A DNA stretch of 64,000 bases from Podarcis vaucheri (taxonomy: Eukaryota): NCBI GenBank assembly GCA_965113315.1, contig OZ220364.1; one strand, written 5' to 3'. The notes below the pieces were generated by a model. That model was not told the origin of the DNA. It saw nothing but the letters and a program-made list of their open reading frames with translations, and searched no databases. Below, piece after piece: positions 25,283 to 38,758 of this stretch. The position numbers were made by a program, and so were the translations under genes. The first letter of the stretch is position 1. Every line of letters begins with the position of its first letter.

Positions 25283-25878
25283 CTGTTCAGGGATGAGAAT
25301 AATTGCTTAGGCCTGTCCTGATACAACTCTTTCTTCTTCTTCCGACTGAACTCTTTCTATCCCCCAACCTGCTTTAACAACAAGGCAGTATGACGTTGTG
25401 TAACAAATGCACAAATTCTATCTGCTGAAATGGCTCTTTGAGGAGTAGCTGCCTGCTAGCGCTTCACGGCTAGCTTGCCTATCGTGCACCCTTTATCGTC
25501 TTATTTTATGCCTCCCTTTCAAAAGTTGCAGCTTTCCCCCATTTCAGCTTCACTACAAAGTTGCCATGGAATCACAATTCCCACTGCTCTCTGTAAGTGC
25601 CTGTTGATGAATTCGGCACCAAGTTTCTCCTGGGTCAAGAACTGAATCTGTTGCCGGTTATGTTTACTTTATTTCTTTCTAATTCATCATCTTAAACTGG
25701 TGTTGGGCCAGGAGATACTGCAACATGTACTGTGCCACTCCAACTTGGAGTGGGAGTCAAACCAAAATTGCTTTGTCCCTAAATTCAGATGAATTTTCAA
25801 AAGAGGGAGTCAACCGATCTGGCACCATTCCCACTTGATTTATTACAGAAGCTCCCACATAGCAAACAGGTCACTTAC

Positions 25879-25948
25879 AATGGCTTTTTCTCTCCTCTTC
25901 TCCATCTGTCCAACAGTTCCATCTTGACACGGCTTGCCATTTTCGTAT
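25879..25948 (-). CDS. PPARGC1B: PGC-1beta exon 9 (YENGKPCQ...KRREKAI), 70 nt
   Basis: acag| and |gtaagt; KRREKAI motif. Confidence 0.93.
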
Positions 25949-26846
25949 CTGTTTGATAAACAAGAAGGCACATGAATTTAGTCCTGAATGGACTCTGGCT
26001 GGTCTGAGCGCTAGAAATCACAAGGAAGTAGAGGCACACTTGTTGCTTGCAGGGACAGGCTCACAGCACAAAGAATGCTGTGTCTGCAACAGCAGGCTTT
26101 CAAAGACAAATGCCAGAATCCATCATAAAAAGGAGAAACGGCAAGGCATCAAATACAGGGGGGAAAGGGTGGACAGAAATAAATTTGCAGAGCCTAATAT
26201 GCTTCAAAATTCTTCACCATGCTTAGGTACAACCAATTTGAGTCTTTGGCTTCCAATTCTGATGCAAAAGGTCTTAAAACTTATTTCTGCCCACCTGGAT
26301 GCTTCTTCCCTCTTTTTCCCCTTCTATCAAGAGTATTTCTTCTGCAAAGGGAAAGGCTTGAGACATTCACACAAGGGGCTGGCAATCTAGTGGAGCAAAC
26401 TGCTAATGGAAGGGGGAAGGAGATTGCTTCCTTCAGTCTCTTCTGCTACTGCCCAGGCTGTTCCCGAGGGTTCTCCAACTTTCCAAAACAGATATTCAGG
26501 GGATACAGAGGAGAACTGGCAAAAATTGCTTCTGCTACTTCTGTAAGTGAGAGGTCCTGTGAGTGAAACTTCGCTCACAGGGATCTCTGGACCCACCCAA
26601 CCCAGTCTCTTTCAGAGTAATCGTATTATCTATAAAGCAGCATGGATGTGCACGGCACCTCCTGGAGAAACGTAAGCAAAAAGTCAGCACCTCTGCCAGA
26701 GGGCCACCTGTAAATCAGTAGGTACCTTTGTGAGGGAGCCAGTAAAGACCAGCCAATGCAACCCACTACAACTTTGCTCACTACTGGTCTCCCTGAGCCC
26801 TTTCGCCAAAGACCCTGTGAACTCACAATTGTGCAGGGAAGCCCAC

Positions 26847-27618
26847 CTGCTTGCTGGAGACCTGGACCTGCAGCACGAAGACTCAGAATCGGACCTGCTT
26901 CGGGAGCAATAGTGCAAACTGGCCCTGGAAAGAGGGTTCTTGTAGGGGCACATCTTGGATTCCAATGGACTTGTGCAGCACTCTTCCTCCTCCTCCTCTT
27001 CCTCCTCCTCCTCCTCTTCCTCCAGCAGGGAACCAATCTCACTGCAGCTGTCCTCAAAGACAGTGTCATATTCAGGCGTCTTGCAGGAGGCTGCCTCCCC
27101 GGCATCGAGGGCACTGTCCAAGAGGCCAAAGTGTTTGGTCAAGCTGGCCCTGATCTCCTGGTCCCTCAGCTGCTGGCTTCCCTCCTTCACTGAGGTCCCC
27201 TTGACGCCCTCCTGACTCTCGTGCTGGTAGTGCACATCAGGGGCTCTCCGCTTGTGTTTGTTTTCCACATGGCTCAGGGGCTCCCAGGATTTCAGCACCT
27301 TCCTCTGGAGAGAGGCCTCAGGCTTCAAGACCTGGCAATAGTCGTGGTCGCCGAAAGAGCGTGAGAAAGGGCGCTTCAGCACCCCATGTGGCTCGGGGTG
27401 GGGCAGGTGGGGGGTGGACCGACTCAGGTGTGCGTACAGCTCTGTCCGCACCGGGTGCTTCTTCTGCTTCTTCCCGGAGGCTGCCCTGTCCCCCATCATT
27501 GGCTGTGGCTCAGAGCTGGTGATGATGGCAGTCTCCTTGGCTGGCCTCTGGTGAATGTCTGGCTTATACAGGTCCTCCTCTGAAGGCTTGTATGGTGGAG
27601 TAGTTGGTGGTGTGAGAC
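26847..27618 (-). CDS. PPARGC1B: PGC-1beta exon 8 (GLTPPTTPPYKP...FGDHDYCQV...poly-E...RSRSPASR), 772 nt
   Basis: aag| acceptor; AG|gtgggc donor chosen because exon 9 starts in phase 2. Confidence 0.92.
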
Positions 27619-27753
27619 CTTATCTCCCCCAAGGAAGCAAAAGGATAAAGGTCTTTCAGTACAGAAGCATGAAAGTTAAAACAAACAAGAAAGCTGCCTT
27701 GACAAGGGGAGTTAGACTTGTTCCCTCATTGTACACCGCCACATCTATCAAAC

Positions 27754-27889
27754 CAGAGTTTCCCAAACTTGGGTCTCCAGCTGTTGCTGGACTACAACTC
27801 CCATCAACCCTAGCTAGCAGTACAAGTGGTCCAGGATGATGGGAATTATAATCCAAAACCAGCTGTAGACCCAAGTTTGGGGAACCCTG
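27754..27889. mobile_element. Palindromic hAT (Charlie-like) MITE
   Basis: CAGAGTTTCCCAAACTTGGGTCT...AGACCCAAGTTTGGGGAACCCTG long inverted arms; partial 8-bp TSD. Confidence 0.78.
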
Positions 27890-28182
27890 CTTTAAACCTT
27901 GCTGAATAATTGATTCTGGGCCAGCTGCACTTCTGTTTACAGCTAGCTTCTTGTCTTGGGGAAATGGTAATAGCAGTTCTCAAGGAGTTGGTGAGGACAC
28001 AGGCACTTATGTTAGATAGCTGCCATTTCAGATGAAAGGGATCCCTTTCCTTCAAGTCAATGGCTTTATGCAGAATTAACATCCTGAAGTCACTAGCTGA
28101 CCATGAGGTTCTCGGCACTGCCCCATCTTCTCTTCACATTTTGCAGGATGTGGCAGACTCTTAAAGCGAATTCCACCCTTAC

Positions 28183-28247
28183 CTGCGGTGCCACACAGCT
28201 CTACGGTCAGAACTTGCTCAAAATTGCGCTTTCCAAATGTTGGTTCT
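28183..28247 (-). CDS. PPARGC1B: PGC-1beta exon 7 (EPTFGKRNFEQVLTVELCGTA), 65 nt
   Basis: tttag| and |gtaagg; conserved VELCGTAG motif. Confidence 0.95.
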
Positions 28248-28923
28248 CTAAAGATGGGGAGAAAAGGAGTGTGTAGAGGTCATGGAAGAGACATGGATGG
28301 AGACATCACAATTCACATACTAAACCAGAAACAAGGAAGCTGTAAAGATAAAGGACTCTGGCCAAACCTTCAAGGGTCAGTTGCCATGTCGAACAGGTTT
28401 CTAAATGGCCATGCAACTGTTAAGGACCAGAGAGCAGGGAATAGTTCCAGGTAACTATGCAGTGAAAGTTTGGCAAACCAGAAGAAAACTGCTCTCCATG
28501 ACCACCCTTATAGGCTACTACAGTCACAAATGACCAGCATATGCTAGTAAAAAGTGTATATGGGCTAATACCATTTGCGGACTTATTTGCACACAATTAT
28601 GTTATATCTTCAAGCATGCATTAGGGCACAAAAGAGAAACGTGCTATAGGAAGGCACACTTGACAAACCCACACCGTGATCAACTCCCGCCCGGAAACCA
28701 ATGTCCCCACTGTGGAAGGACTTGTGGATCCAGAATTGGCCTCCACAGTCATTTACGGACTCATTGTTAAAACTGTGTTTATGGAAGACAATCTTACTCG
28801 GCTACGAGTGATCGCCAAAGAAGAAGAAGGGCAGCAAAGTTCTGAGACAGCCATGTACCAGGTTCCTGACACCTGAGGCTATCCTCCTCCACCAATAATA
28901 TGTATTTTTGGTATTTCACTTAC

Positions 28924-28960
28924 GTTGTTGCCAAGGGCAGCGACAGACACCTTGGTGCTT
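28924..28960 (-). CDS. PPARGC1B: PGC-1beta exon 6 (EAPRCLSLPLATT), 37 nt
   Basis: tttcag| and |gtaagt; phase 1/2 bridges exons 5 and 7; resembles the mammalian SPRCLMLAL segment. Confidence 0.88.
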
Positions 28961-29594
28961 CTGAAAGAAAAACAAACAGGAAAAAGCAGAATGACTCAGT
29001 GAGACACATCCGTGCCTTTGAACTGGACTAGGTTGCTCATGAGAAAGCAGATTAAGACCAAACAAAGCAAGATTGGATCTTCTGAATCTGACATTATTAT
29101 TTTTTTAACACTTAAAAGGCAGCAGGGAGATAATTGGATCAGGATTGCAGGGCTGGGAAAGCAGGGATTAGTCCTACCTGCCTGTGCAGTTTCCCTGATT
29201 TAAATCTGCCCCCCCCACAAGCTGCTATTGGGAAAAAGAGAGGGGCCTGTAATGCCTGCCTTTAACCCCTGCCCTCAATAATCAATAGCAGCCATTGGGG
29301 GGGGGGAGAGTTAAATTAGAGAATTGCCACAGGGAAAAGGGCTACCCCCCCCCCCAATACTGAAGCTCTGATCCAATTCAGGACTCTCTACTGTTGTTTT
29401 AAGATGTAAAAGGAGAGACACTGAGGGTCTGATCCTGGGTTTCCCACACCACGCCTGGTTTGCTCCTTAGTCACCTGGGTTGTAAGAAGCTGGAAGCTCA
29501 GAGTTCTAGTGTCCTCTGCAGCTCTGACAGTCTAAGAGTCCCTCCACAGAGTGTGTGTAACTTCTAAAGATACTCCCATCAAACTTTGCCAGTA

Positions 29595-29747
29595 CAGTCA
29601 TACCTCGGGTTACAGACGCTTCAGGTTGTGTTTTTTCAGGTTACGGACCTGCTGAAACCCGGATACCGGAATGCTGCGGCTTGTGAACGCTGCGGGTTGC
29701 GAACGTGCATCCTGCATGGATCTCGTTCGCAACCCGAGCGTCCAATG
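29595..29747. mobile_element. Tc1/mariner-pogo-like MITE
   Basis: TA|CAGTCATACCTCGGGTT...AACCCGAGCGTCCAATG|TA. Confidence 0.65.
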
Positions 29748-29860
29748 TACTGAATTCCTCCTTTACCACAACACTGCCACAACCCACCCTCTCTGTGCTC
29801 AATGAGCTTTTACAGGATATGTTCCCTGTGTCTGACTCAAAGCACAGGCCTTCCCTTACA

Positions 29861-30038
29861 GGAAGGGACAGAGCTCAACCGAAGAGCATGTGCCTTGCTT
29901 GCAGAAGGAGCTAACCCACAGTATCTCCAAGTAGGCTTGGGAAAGACCTGGAGAGCCACTGCCAGACACTGTGGACAACCCTGAGCTGCATGGACCATTG
30001 GTCTGGCTCAGTATAAGGTATATCCCTTCCCAAGTTCC
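29861..30038 (+). mobile_element. Squam3-like SINE copy
   Basis: Shares ctggagagccactgccag..ggaccattggtctggctcagtataagg with the 43.8 kb and 62.4 kb copies. Confidence 0.72.
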
Positions 30039-30067
30039 CCAAATGTTCAGACTCTTACTTAGGGTAC

Positions 30068-31226
30068 CTGTCTGATGCAAAAGGGCGCAGCACTGGCTCT
30101 CGCTTATCTCACATGCTTCGCTCTCCCCGGAGCTCTCTGGTGAGGGGGTTTGCAGCTCCATCGGGAGACTCTGATACCTGTCCTCTGCCTCTCCTGCACC
30201 GCTCACTTCAACCTCTGCTGCTGGTGCTTCCCTGTCAAAGTTCTGCAGAGTGGTGGAGCACAGGGACAGTTCTGGGGAGGCCACTTTGTTTTGAGGGGGT
30301 GTGGCCGGATCAGGGGGAGAGTCGTCAAGGAAGGAAAGCCAGAGACTGAGCTCGGGGTTGAGTCTTTTGGAGCGCCGCACGGCATAAATAAAGCTCTCCT
30401 GCTTGCGGCCTGCCTTCCCAAAGGCCAGCTGGGGCCGCTTTGCGCAGTCCTCCTCCTCCTCTGCAGGGCTGCCAGTCTCTTCCTTCACCTCGGGCTCCGC
30501 TTTGAGGCCCTGCCTGGGCTCCGTTTTCACCTCTGGTGGCATTCTGCCCGCGGACTTACACGCCTCTGTGGATCCCCCAGCAGCCTCGGGCGGAGGCGCT
30601 CCTGGAGCCTTGGGTGGCTGCAACCTGGTCAAGGAGGCGTATGCAGGCTTGGCCAACCGGTATGGCTTGCTCACATCACAAGGGAGGTCCCTGGCAAGAA
30701 GCTCCTTCAGGATGGAGAAACTGGCTGCGGGGGCTCTGGGCTGCTTGCAGCCCGCTGAGAGGTGCCAAGAGCTGGTCGAGCAACTGTCCTTGCTGCAGAG
30801 CGGAGGCCGCTGCAGGGGGCAATCCGGCTTGGCCCTCTTGGAGGGGCTGTGGAAATGCTGGTGTCTCGCATCGGCAAGGTCTGTGGGGGGCAGCTTTCTG
30901 GGGGGAAGGCAGTAAGTGTGCATGTAGCGGATGAGCTCCACAGTAGCGTGCAGCTCCTTCTCTCCGGTGCCTTCCTCGGAGGAAGAAGGCGGAGTCGCTG
31001 CCATGTTGCCGCAGGGCAGCAACTCTTCACCGGAGTCGCTGTCCTCTCCATGGTGGGCACAATAACTCTGGGGCTCCGTGCCGCCACTGTGGCACTCGTC
31101 CGGTGGCCAGTTGTCCTTTGTGTGTGGGCAGTGGGCTGTGATGGAGGTGAGGTGCTTATGAAGCTCGGTGCAGCTCCGGCTCTGAGCCTGGAGAAAACTC
31201 GGCTTTCGGTCTCGGACACCGTCCAC
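30068..31226 (-). CDS. PPARGC1B: PGC-1beta exon 5 (VDGVRDRK...CTELHKHLT...ILKELL...VRRSKRLNPEL...LLHQT), 1159 nt
   Basis: Lies within ORF 29856..31232; aag| and |gtaccc; phase 0/1. Confidence 0.94.
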
Positions 31227-34200
31227 CTTCAAGAGCAGAGGGAAAATGAAGTTAGGCTAACCAAGAATGAGTTTCCTCATCTCCTCATCACATTCCATGT
31301 TTGGTGGTTACAGTAAGCAACTGCAGCAGATTTCTGTAGAAATGTTTAAACCCCAGAAGATTTTATGGAACCAATAATCTACTGTATATGAAGAACTATT
31401 CAGCCTCTTCTGTGGTTACCCTGGCAATTTACCGGTTACATTTCATTAATGCCTATAGGATCTGTCTGATGTAATTTTATAAAGCAACTACTTGTACCCT
31501 TTGTGTAACTTATTTGTTCTCATCTACTTTCAGAGAACTTGCAGAATCTGGCTTTTTCGTGTCAGATTCTAAGGTAGTAAATGAAGGGCCTTGCATCCAA
31601 GCCACTAAACTGTATTTGTCGTCGTCTTCTTCTTCTTCCTCAGCAGCCAGTTTTTTGGTAGCAAGCAGCAATACTACTTTCCAGTAAAGGTTGCTGCTTA
31701 ATGCAAGCCTCACTCTGCCCTGTGTTTCAATTCCTGTTACACTGACTGAGCAAATACTGTGGGCATTTATCAGATGATGCCTTTGACACCACTAATAATG
31801 AGGGGAGCATTCGTTACCACCATGGTCAAGGAGGCCCCTGCCCTGCCTGAATCAGAGAAGAAAATGGATGATGAAAACTTATCTACCTATGCATGGATCT
31901 CTGCTATCTCTCAGCACAAAGCCTGTGGCATGTGTACACAAGCTAAGTAATGGGAGGACATGCCCGTTCTTTAAGAATCATATATAAGAGTCATCTGGGC
32001 ACAACTTGAAGAGAAACAATAAAAGCTGGGTGGAAGTTTAAATTGATTCCATTCTTATCCTCCTATGTTTGTGTATGTGTAAATATAACAGAAGAATAGG
32101 AGGGATATAACCTGTTGAGATGCAGAGCCTTGTTCCTTAGTGAATGCCCTGGGTAGGAGAAATCAAATGAAGATTTGGGGAAGCTGCTGGAAGCTAATAC
32201 AGGGTTTAAAGAACTGGGCAGGAGAGATGAGAAAGGAGAGGATGTATGTACACTTTCAACAGCTCCTTTCAAGAACTACACAGAGCAAGAGAGATCAAAG
32301 GGATTCTTCACACCCCTTGCATCAAATTTCTTTCTAGCTGCTGTATGTGGCAAATAGTATTGATTTGCCTCCCCTTTCTTCCAGTTGGCATGGAAGGGTC
32401 ACTGTCTCTCTCTTTCTCCCCCCCTCACTTAGCCCTGCCTTTCCCATGCAATCTAAATCCACTTGCCTAATGCACTGCACAATTTCCATCACCCAAGTGG
32501 AAAATCTTTAATGGCATCTTGTGTGGATTTCAGGGGATTAGTTTAAATGACTGGACTGGTTCTGCAACTTTACGTGTAGCTCTTTGCCCAGCTAAAGTCA
32601 GTTCAGTCAGCTGCTGGGAAGCTCCATTCTAATTTGGGGTCAAGGATGAGAGTGAGAGAGAAGAGGGGAAAGATCATCATGACAAAATTTAAAGACGAAG
32701 GGAATCTGGGGAAAATAAAGAGGCTCTTTGTATACCGCACTCCAAAGGGCACGCAGATGAAAGCCTTCTTGTTTTGAGAAGGCTCACTCTGATATCACTA
32801 CCAGTGTCCTGTTTTTTCTCTCTCATCTCTCCGTTAACCCAGGTATGGCCAGCTTCTGTATTCATGGCTCTTTATTCCTGCTACGCAACCCAAATTCCTC
32901 AAGGGTAGACAAACTGTACACTACAGTGGATTCCACCTGTCAGTACTGGTCTCACAGTTTATGGAGCATGTGTGCCTGGGCACCGTGGCTAGGGCACTAC
33001 TAGAGTGGCCCGATGCAAGAGGACAGGGCTCCTGCAACATCCATAAATGTGCATGACAAGCTACACTGGCTGAAATTCCCTCTCCAACACCACCATTAAA
33101 GGGCACAGGAGCCCAGATTTCTTTTGCATCTAGCTGCCCTAGCTGCTTTCTTCAAATCCCCACAGAGAGATATAAATAATGAAAAGTTTTTTTAAAAAAA
33201 TCCCTTGCCTCTTGATAAATTTAGAAAGAAAAATAAAATCTCTATGAGTGAGATTAGGGCAAGCTTTTTTAAACCATCCCTTGATTAACATTTGGTATGT
33301 TCACAAGGGACTGCATAAAAATGCGTGATGGCCTGTCAATGGATGACCTTTGGCTAAGTAATAAAGATTTGAAGATCCAGGGTACCACCTCAATTTTAAA
33401 GGACAACAGTGACATTAAAAAACCAGATTTAAGTCAACATGACCAAGATGCATTGTTTTTGCTTAAAGTAGTAAGCAAAGGTCTTGCTTAGCTAGGCCAG
33501 GGTCCCATCATGCACCCTAAGTAGGGCTACTCCAATGGCTCACTTGGATGCTCCAGGTAGTGCAAGATGCAACTGAGTCACCTGCTGGCCCTCTGGTGCC
33601 ACTGCCCCAACAGCTGCCATTAGTTCAAACTGCTCAGATGACACACATAGGGCACGGCCATCTCAGCCTAAGTTCCACATGCATTCAATGTGAAATCAAT
33701 GCCACCCTCACTTTGGGCAGCATGTCATGGGCTTTCAAGCCCCAACTTCTGAATGCATCTCAATTAAATGATCGATGGAGGCTCTGATGTGATTGAAGCA
33801 CTGTGGCCAAACATGCACAAGAGGGCCTTTTTGACTGTGGCACCTTAGTTGCACAAAAGGCCTGCTTGTCTACCTCACTGCTCACCTCCTGGCACACAAC
33901 CAACCCCGGGCTTATTCAGGAAAGGTTGTGAGCTGTTTAAGGCTGCTTCCACTCATCTGGAAGTAAATCCCACTTTCTGAGCAGACATCACCATGATTAC
34001 ACTGATAAGAGTGGCCATTGGAACTATTTTTGCCTGCTACAACCTTTTTTGTTGGTGAAAACGTTGTCACCACTTTCTGGTTTTATTGGTGAAGTTAAGC
34101 CATTACTGCAAGCAACCTCAAGTGTTTTGAGGAGAGGCAAGACAGAAGTCATTTAAGAAATAAATAAAAATTTACAAAACACTTCTAACAGTACTGATGG

Positions 34201-34355
34201 GAGTGTGCCAGTGCTTACTAGGCCCTCCTGACCATACTTCTTCTGTTTAAAATGGGAGGTGAGCTGTAATGTACAACTTGGATTTAATCTTGGGTAAATA
34301 TAGTGCGGTGTGCTATCTTAGGGCAAAGGTTAGGGTTGCTAAGGCCAAACAATAC

Positions 34356-34472
34356 CTTTGTACAGGGTCGCTGGGGTCTGGATTTGGGAGTTCCTTGACG
34401 CCATGTGCTCCCCTCTCTCTGAACCTCATAGCTTGGAGGCACATTGGATGGAGAAAGGAGCAACTTCTTCAG
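34356..34472 (-). CDS. PPARGC1B: PGC-1beta exon 4 (LKKLLLSP...PQRPCTK), 117 nt
   Basis: cag| and |gtattg; LXXLL motif. Confidence 0.95.
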
Positions 34473-35927
34473 CTGGAAAGGGAAGCGGTGAAAGAAAGAG
34501 TCGGAATTCCTACATGAATGAACAGCCACGTCTGCTTAAATTATCCCAGGTCAACCCTCCTGCTCTCCTCTAAGCAGGAGTGGAGATCCAGCCCTCCCAC
34601 CCCCACAACATGAGTTTTGGCAGCCAAAGATGTTCGAAGAGTCACATGAATCAGGGTCATGGGGAGGCTCCAACACACGCTGAGACTGAAAGCAAACAGG
34701 GGCTTGGAAAAGACCGTTTCCGAATTTATTGCCACCTGAGTTGGGTCTGGCTTGCAGTTCCAACTGGCATTGGATACTTACCAAGACCCAGCTCCATGGA
34801 AGCTCACTGCCTTGTTGTTAAAGCTCATCAAGGTGATGACAAAAATTCATTCATAGCTACGTGCAGCGAAAAAGCCTGCATGCGTGACCACCACATATGA
34901 GGATCTGCCTGCAGGTTTTGTGCCATTTTCCTACATGGAGGTGCTGTTCATATAGCAATTATATAGCATATGAAGAATTCCTGAAAGAGCCGCACAAAAA
35001 ACAAATCATTTTTGCAAAAAACCAAACATCTTTCTGGAGAGCTCTTTGGCTGCAGGTATCAAAAGTTCAAAAGTTACTGCATAGGGGAGGGACAATGGCT
35101 TATCAACAATACTCATCGCATGTTATACAAAACATTTCACAATCCTTCTCTGGGTACTCCTCCTTAACGTCTTTGGAGTATCTTTCAGGGAAACCAAGGT
35201 GTGTGTCACTTACTACTAGCAGTGGTTGGCAGGGTGGCACAGGCAATGCCTAATGTCACTGCTGCTTACCATGGGGGGGGGGTTTGCACAGAGAGCTGAG
35301 TCTGGTGTGGGTGCAGTGGCGGGAGCTCCAGCCACCATGCCTACACCATGCTGAGCTCTGCCTGCCCTGCCCACCCCTCTCCATCTTAGCTCAGTGTCAG
35401 GAAGTCAGTTGTGCGGTGCTGCTCTGCCAACTGCTGCTACCTCTGTCGCCTTCTCTAAGGAGGACCAGACCTGTCATGGCACTGAATAATCAAATCAAGT
35501 CTGATTGTGCAAAATGAACATTCTGTTGCCATAATTAAACGGTGGGACACCATTTGTGGAGTTAAGTGTCCCTCGATGGCAGAAACTCCCTAGGTACAGA
35601 GGAAGACATATGTGTGTGTGTGTGAAAATTATCCTGCCTAATCTTAAAAATTGGCAAGTCCTGGATTCTGCAAGCATGCTGCCTTCATGGTGCTTTAAGA
35701 ATATTGGCAGCAGAGATTCAGGCACCTCCACCCCAGGCTCTTTTAAGTAAAAAGTTGGAGGGGGAGAGAGATAGCTCTTTGCAGTTTGAAGAATCATGGG
35801 TGTTGTTGTTGAACTGGCTTCTGGATAGTGAGGTTAATTCCCACCCATCCTTTAAACCCCCACTCAAGGAAGCAAGTGCATCAGCGCCTGAAAATCAATC
35901 AGTGGGATGTAACATTCCAACATGGTC

Positions 35928-35928
<1 letters not shown>

Positions 35929-35957
<29 letters not shown>
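35929..35957. repeat. (TGAT)n microsatellite
   Basis: Direct reading. Confidence 0.9.
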
Positions 35958-35958
<1 letters not shown>

Positions 35959-36454
35959 AACTAATTGATTCATCAGCTCGAAAGTCTTTTGAAGATGCAC
36001 GTTCTGTCCAAATACCAAGTATTTACAAGGTTCTTTTTTAAAAATAAATAAATAAAAATATGAACCTTTGGACGAGTGCTATTTTAACCCCATCAAGGAA
36101 GTTGTGGGCAAAACAGCAGACTGAAAAATTATCTTGGGGTATCTGGTATCATGACCCAAATGTTCCTGATTACATGGCTAGAATATTTCAGTTTTGTTTT
36201 TTTTAAAAAAGGGGGGGAGGCGAGGTTTCACATTCCACACTCTCACGTTGAAGGCAACATGGGATCCATTAACATTAATGCCAGATTTGACTCTTGTGGG
36301 AACGTGGCAGTCGGGGGAAATCTTCAAAGGCAGTCTGGAAACTCAAAAAAGCTCTTTAACAATTAAGTGTACGATGGAGATTCAATCAGTCATTTCCCAC
36401 GGTCAAATGCCTGCTTTCTCCATCACAATATTAAGTGAAAATTTCTGCTGTCTG

Positions 36455-36485
<31 letters not shown>
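36455..36485. repeat. (TA)n microsatellite
   Basis: Direct reading. Confidence 0.9.
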
Positions 36486-38112
36486 GTAATATATATAAAT
36501 GAAAAGTTTATTTCCTTCTCTCCTGCAACGTATACATCCTATATATACACATATGGATTTGTGTGATATATATATCTATAAATATATAAATATTATACAC
36601 CCACACACATGCACACTTTTGTGTGAAGTGAAAATGCCATATATTTCACCACTAGATGCCGCCAGAACACTTTTAGAAATCATGACATTCATTAATGACA
36701 GATAAGGGAAGGGGGAGGAGGGGGAATAGAGAATGATAGGCAGGAGCCTGTGGGAACATATGGAGTCCTCTAAAACCAACACTCTTGTAGGATGATTTAG
36801 AGCATGGCCAAGTAACAGAAGGGTGGAGGGTCGAAGGCTCTGTAGCCTCCAGCTCTAGGCATGTGCTAAGTGAAAACAGGTTCTGAAAATGTGGCGTTCT
36901 CCGTGAAGACGCCATCCACAGTGCCCTCTTCCCCTTCCACCACTCCTTGCAAGTTTGCTAAGAAGGGATCTCTGACAGAAGCCATAGAATAGCTAGGACT
37001 TCAAGCTTCACCAAGCCCCCAAAATCCAGGAGTCACAAAAAGGGCGTTGTGCATTCTTCACTTCTATGTATCCTCAAGGGAGCAGAGAGCAGGGCAGGGG
37101 CTGGAATATGGCTCTAGGCACAGAATTTGGCTTTCCAGAGAACCTCTTCAGTGTAAAGGCAAGCTTCAGGTTCTTGAAAGTGTGTAGGCAATACCAGATG
37201 AAATCTCAAAAGTGTGGGAAGTAACTAAACTTCTGGTTGTTGGCTGGGTAGGAGTGGTGGTAGTCCTAGTTCCTAAGACTAGCCAAAGCAGAATAAAATT
37301 ACGCCAAAGGAAAAATACGCAGTCTGCTTGATTTGCATAATGCATAGTGGTCACAGACTCCAGATTTTCAGCTATTTATTTGGAAAACCTGGGCTAAGCT
37401 TTCAATTTGCTATACATGCAGAGATATTTATTTGCTCATTTTCTCGTGTTCTTCTATTACGGACGACCCAGGGCGACCCAGCCATGGAGTGCTGTCTTTG
37501 TGTGTGTGTCCCCCCCCCCCAGGCACTGACCAGACCCAGACCTGCCTAAGCTTCAGCAAGGTGGTGCAGATACATTCAGCCCTGACCATAAGGGGATACA
37601 GCAGATCAGCCACACTAGCCAACCTCATAGCGGGGAGGGAGCTTTTCTCACGCCTCTGATCATGCGAGGGATCGGCCCTTGGAGACAGAGAGTGGAGGGT
37701 GGGAGTGGGCGAGGAGGGACGGAGGGGGGGGGAAATGTTGGGAAATGAGATATATCAAAAAAGAGAAAGAAACAGCAGACAATGAGGCACCACTGGAGTG
37801 GGGCTTGTTTAAAGATGATTGCAGCTCTGGAATGCATCTGATGCCATTCACACGCCTGACCCGCACTCGATTCCCCCTCCCCGCAACGGTCACACTCTTT
37901 CCCCCACGAGGATGGCAATGGAGCAAACCGGAGTGAGAGCAATGGTGCAGCACATGTATACGTATACAATAACAGGTATATGCTTTTTGTATTGTTATAA
38001 TTGTAAGCCTATAATGAAAAAATTCAGACCTTTGCTTCCTATCATACCCATGCAGCCGGCTTATCAGAGGCGCATCCAAATCCACCTTAAACAGTAGGAA
38101 GTGGGTTCTTAC

Positions 38113-38325
38113 TAGAGACAGCTCATCAACCTCTGGGGCCAGAGGAGGCCCCCTCGGGAGAGGGGCGGCAGGTTTGGGAGAGGGGGTGAGTGACGTGCAG
38201 CCGCTGTTGGGCATGTCCCCCTCGTCCATAGGTCTGAAGGCGGCCAGGCCCATGTCGTCTCCCTGGATGTCATCCAGTGTCTCGGTGAGAGCCGCCAGCA
38301 GCGCTTCATTCTCGCTGTCAATAAT
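38113..38325 (-). CDS. PPARGC1B: PGC-1beta exon 3 ([20 protein letters not shown]...EVDELSL), 213 nt
   Basis: cag| and |gtaaga; conserved [14 protein letters not shown] motif. Confidence 0.96.
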
Positions 38326-38348
38326 CTGGTGGGAGGAGTCAGAAGAAT

Positions 38349-38353
<5 letters not shown>

Positions 38354-38395
<42 letters not shown>
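38354..38395. repeat. (GA)n microsatellite next to the exon 3 acceptor
   Basis: Direct reading. Confidence 0.95.
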
Positions 38396-38398
<3 letters not shown>

Positions 38399-38518
38399 GT
38401 TACCCAATCAAAATGCTTCCTACAGGAGAACAACTCAAATGACATCACATTAAAGGGATTTGCGCAGGAAAGGAAACACCATGCAGACGAAACCACTGAG
38501 GCTGAATATACCACTATA

Positions 38519-38758
38519 CAGTGGGTACCTAGGTTTAAGAACAGCCCTGTTTACGAACTATTCGGTTTACAAACTGCAAAATTGGAAGTAGGGTCCCGGT
38601 TTGCGAACTTTACCTCGGTCTAAGAATGGAATCCAAGCGGTGGAAGGGCACCGGCGGCGGGAGGCCTCATTAGGGAAAGCGCGCCTCGGTTTAAGAAGGA
38701 TTTCCGTTTAAGAACAGACTTCCGGAACCGATTAAGTTCATAAACTGAGGTACCTCTG
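38519..38758. mobile_element. Tc1/mariner-pogo (Tigger-like) MITE
   Basis: TA|CAGTGGGTACCTAGGTTTAAGAAC...GTTCATAAACTGAGGTACCTCTG|TA imperfect TIRs with TA TSD. Confidence 0.78.

Noticed and set aside
30113-31316. Several long plus-strand ORFs over PPARGC1B exon 5 (and similarly exon 8)
   Set aside because: Antisense shadows of GC-rich exons.
37660-38514. 284-aa ORF as a single-exon gene
   Set aside because: Only 38113-38325 is exon 3; the rest is intron, including the (TC)n repeat.
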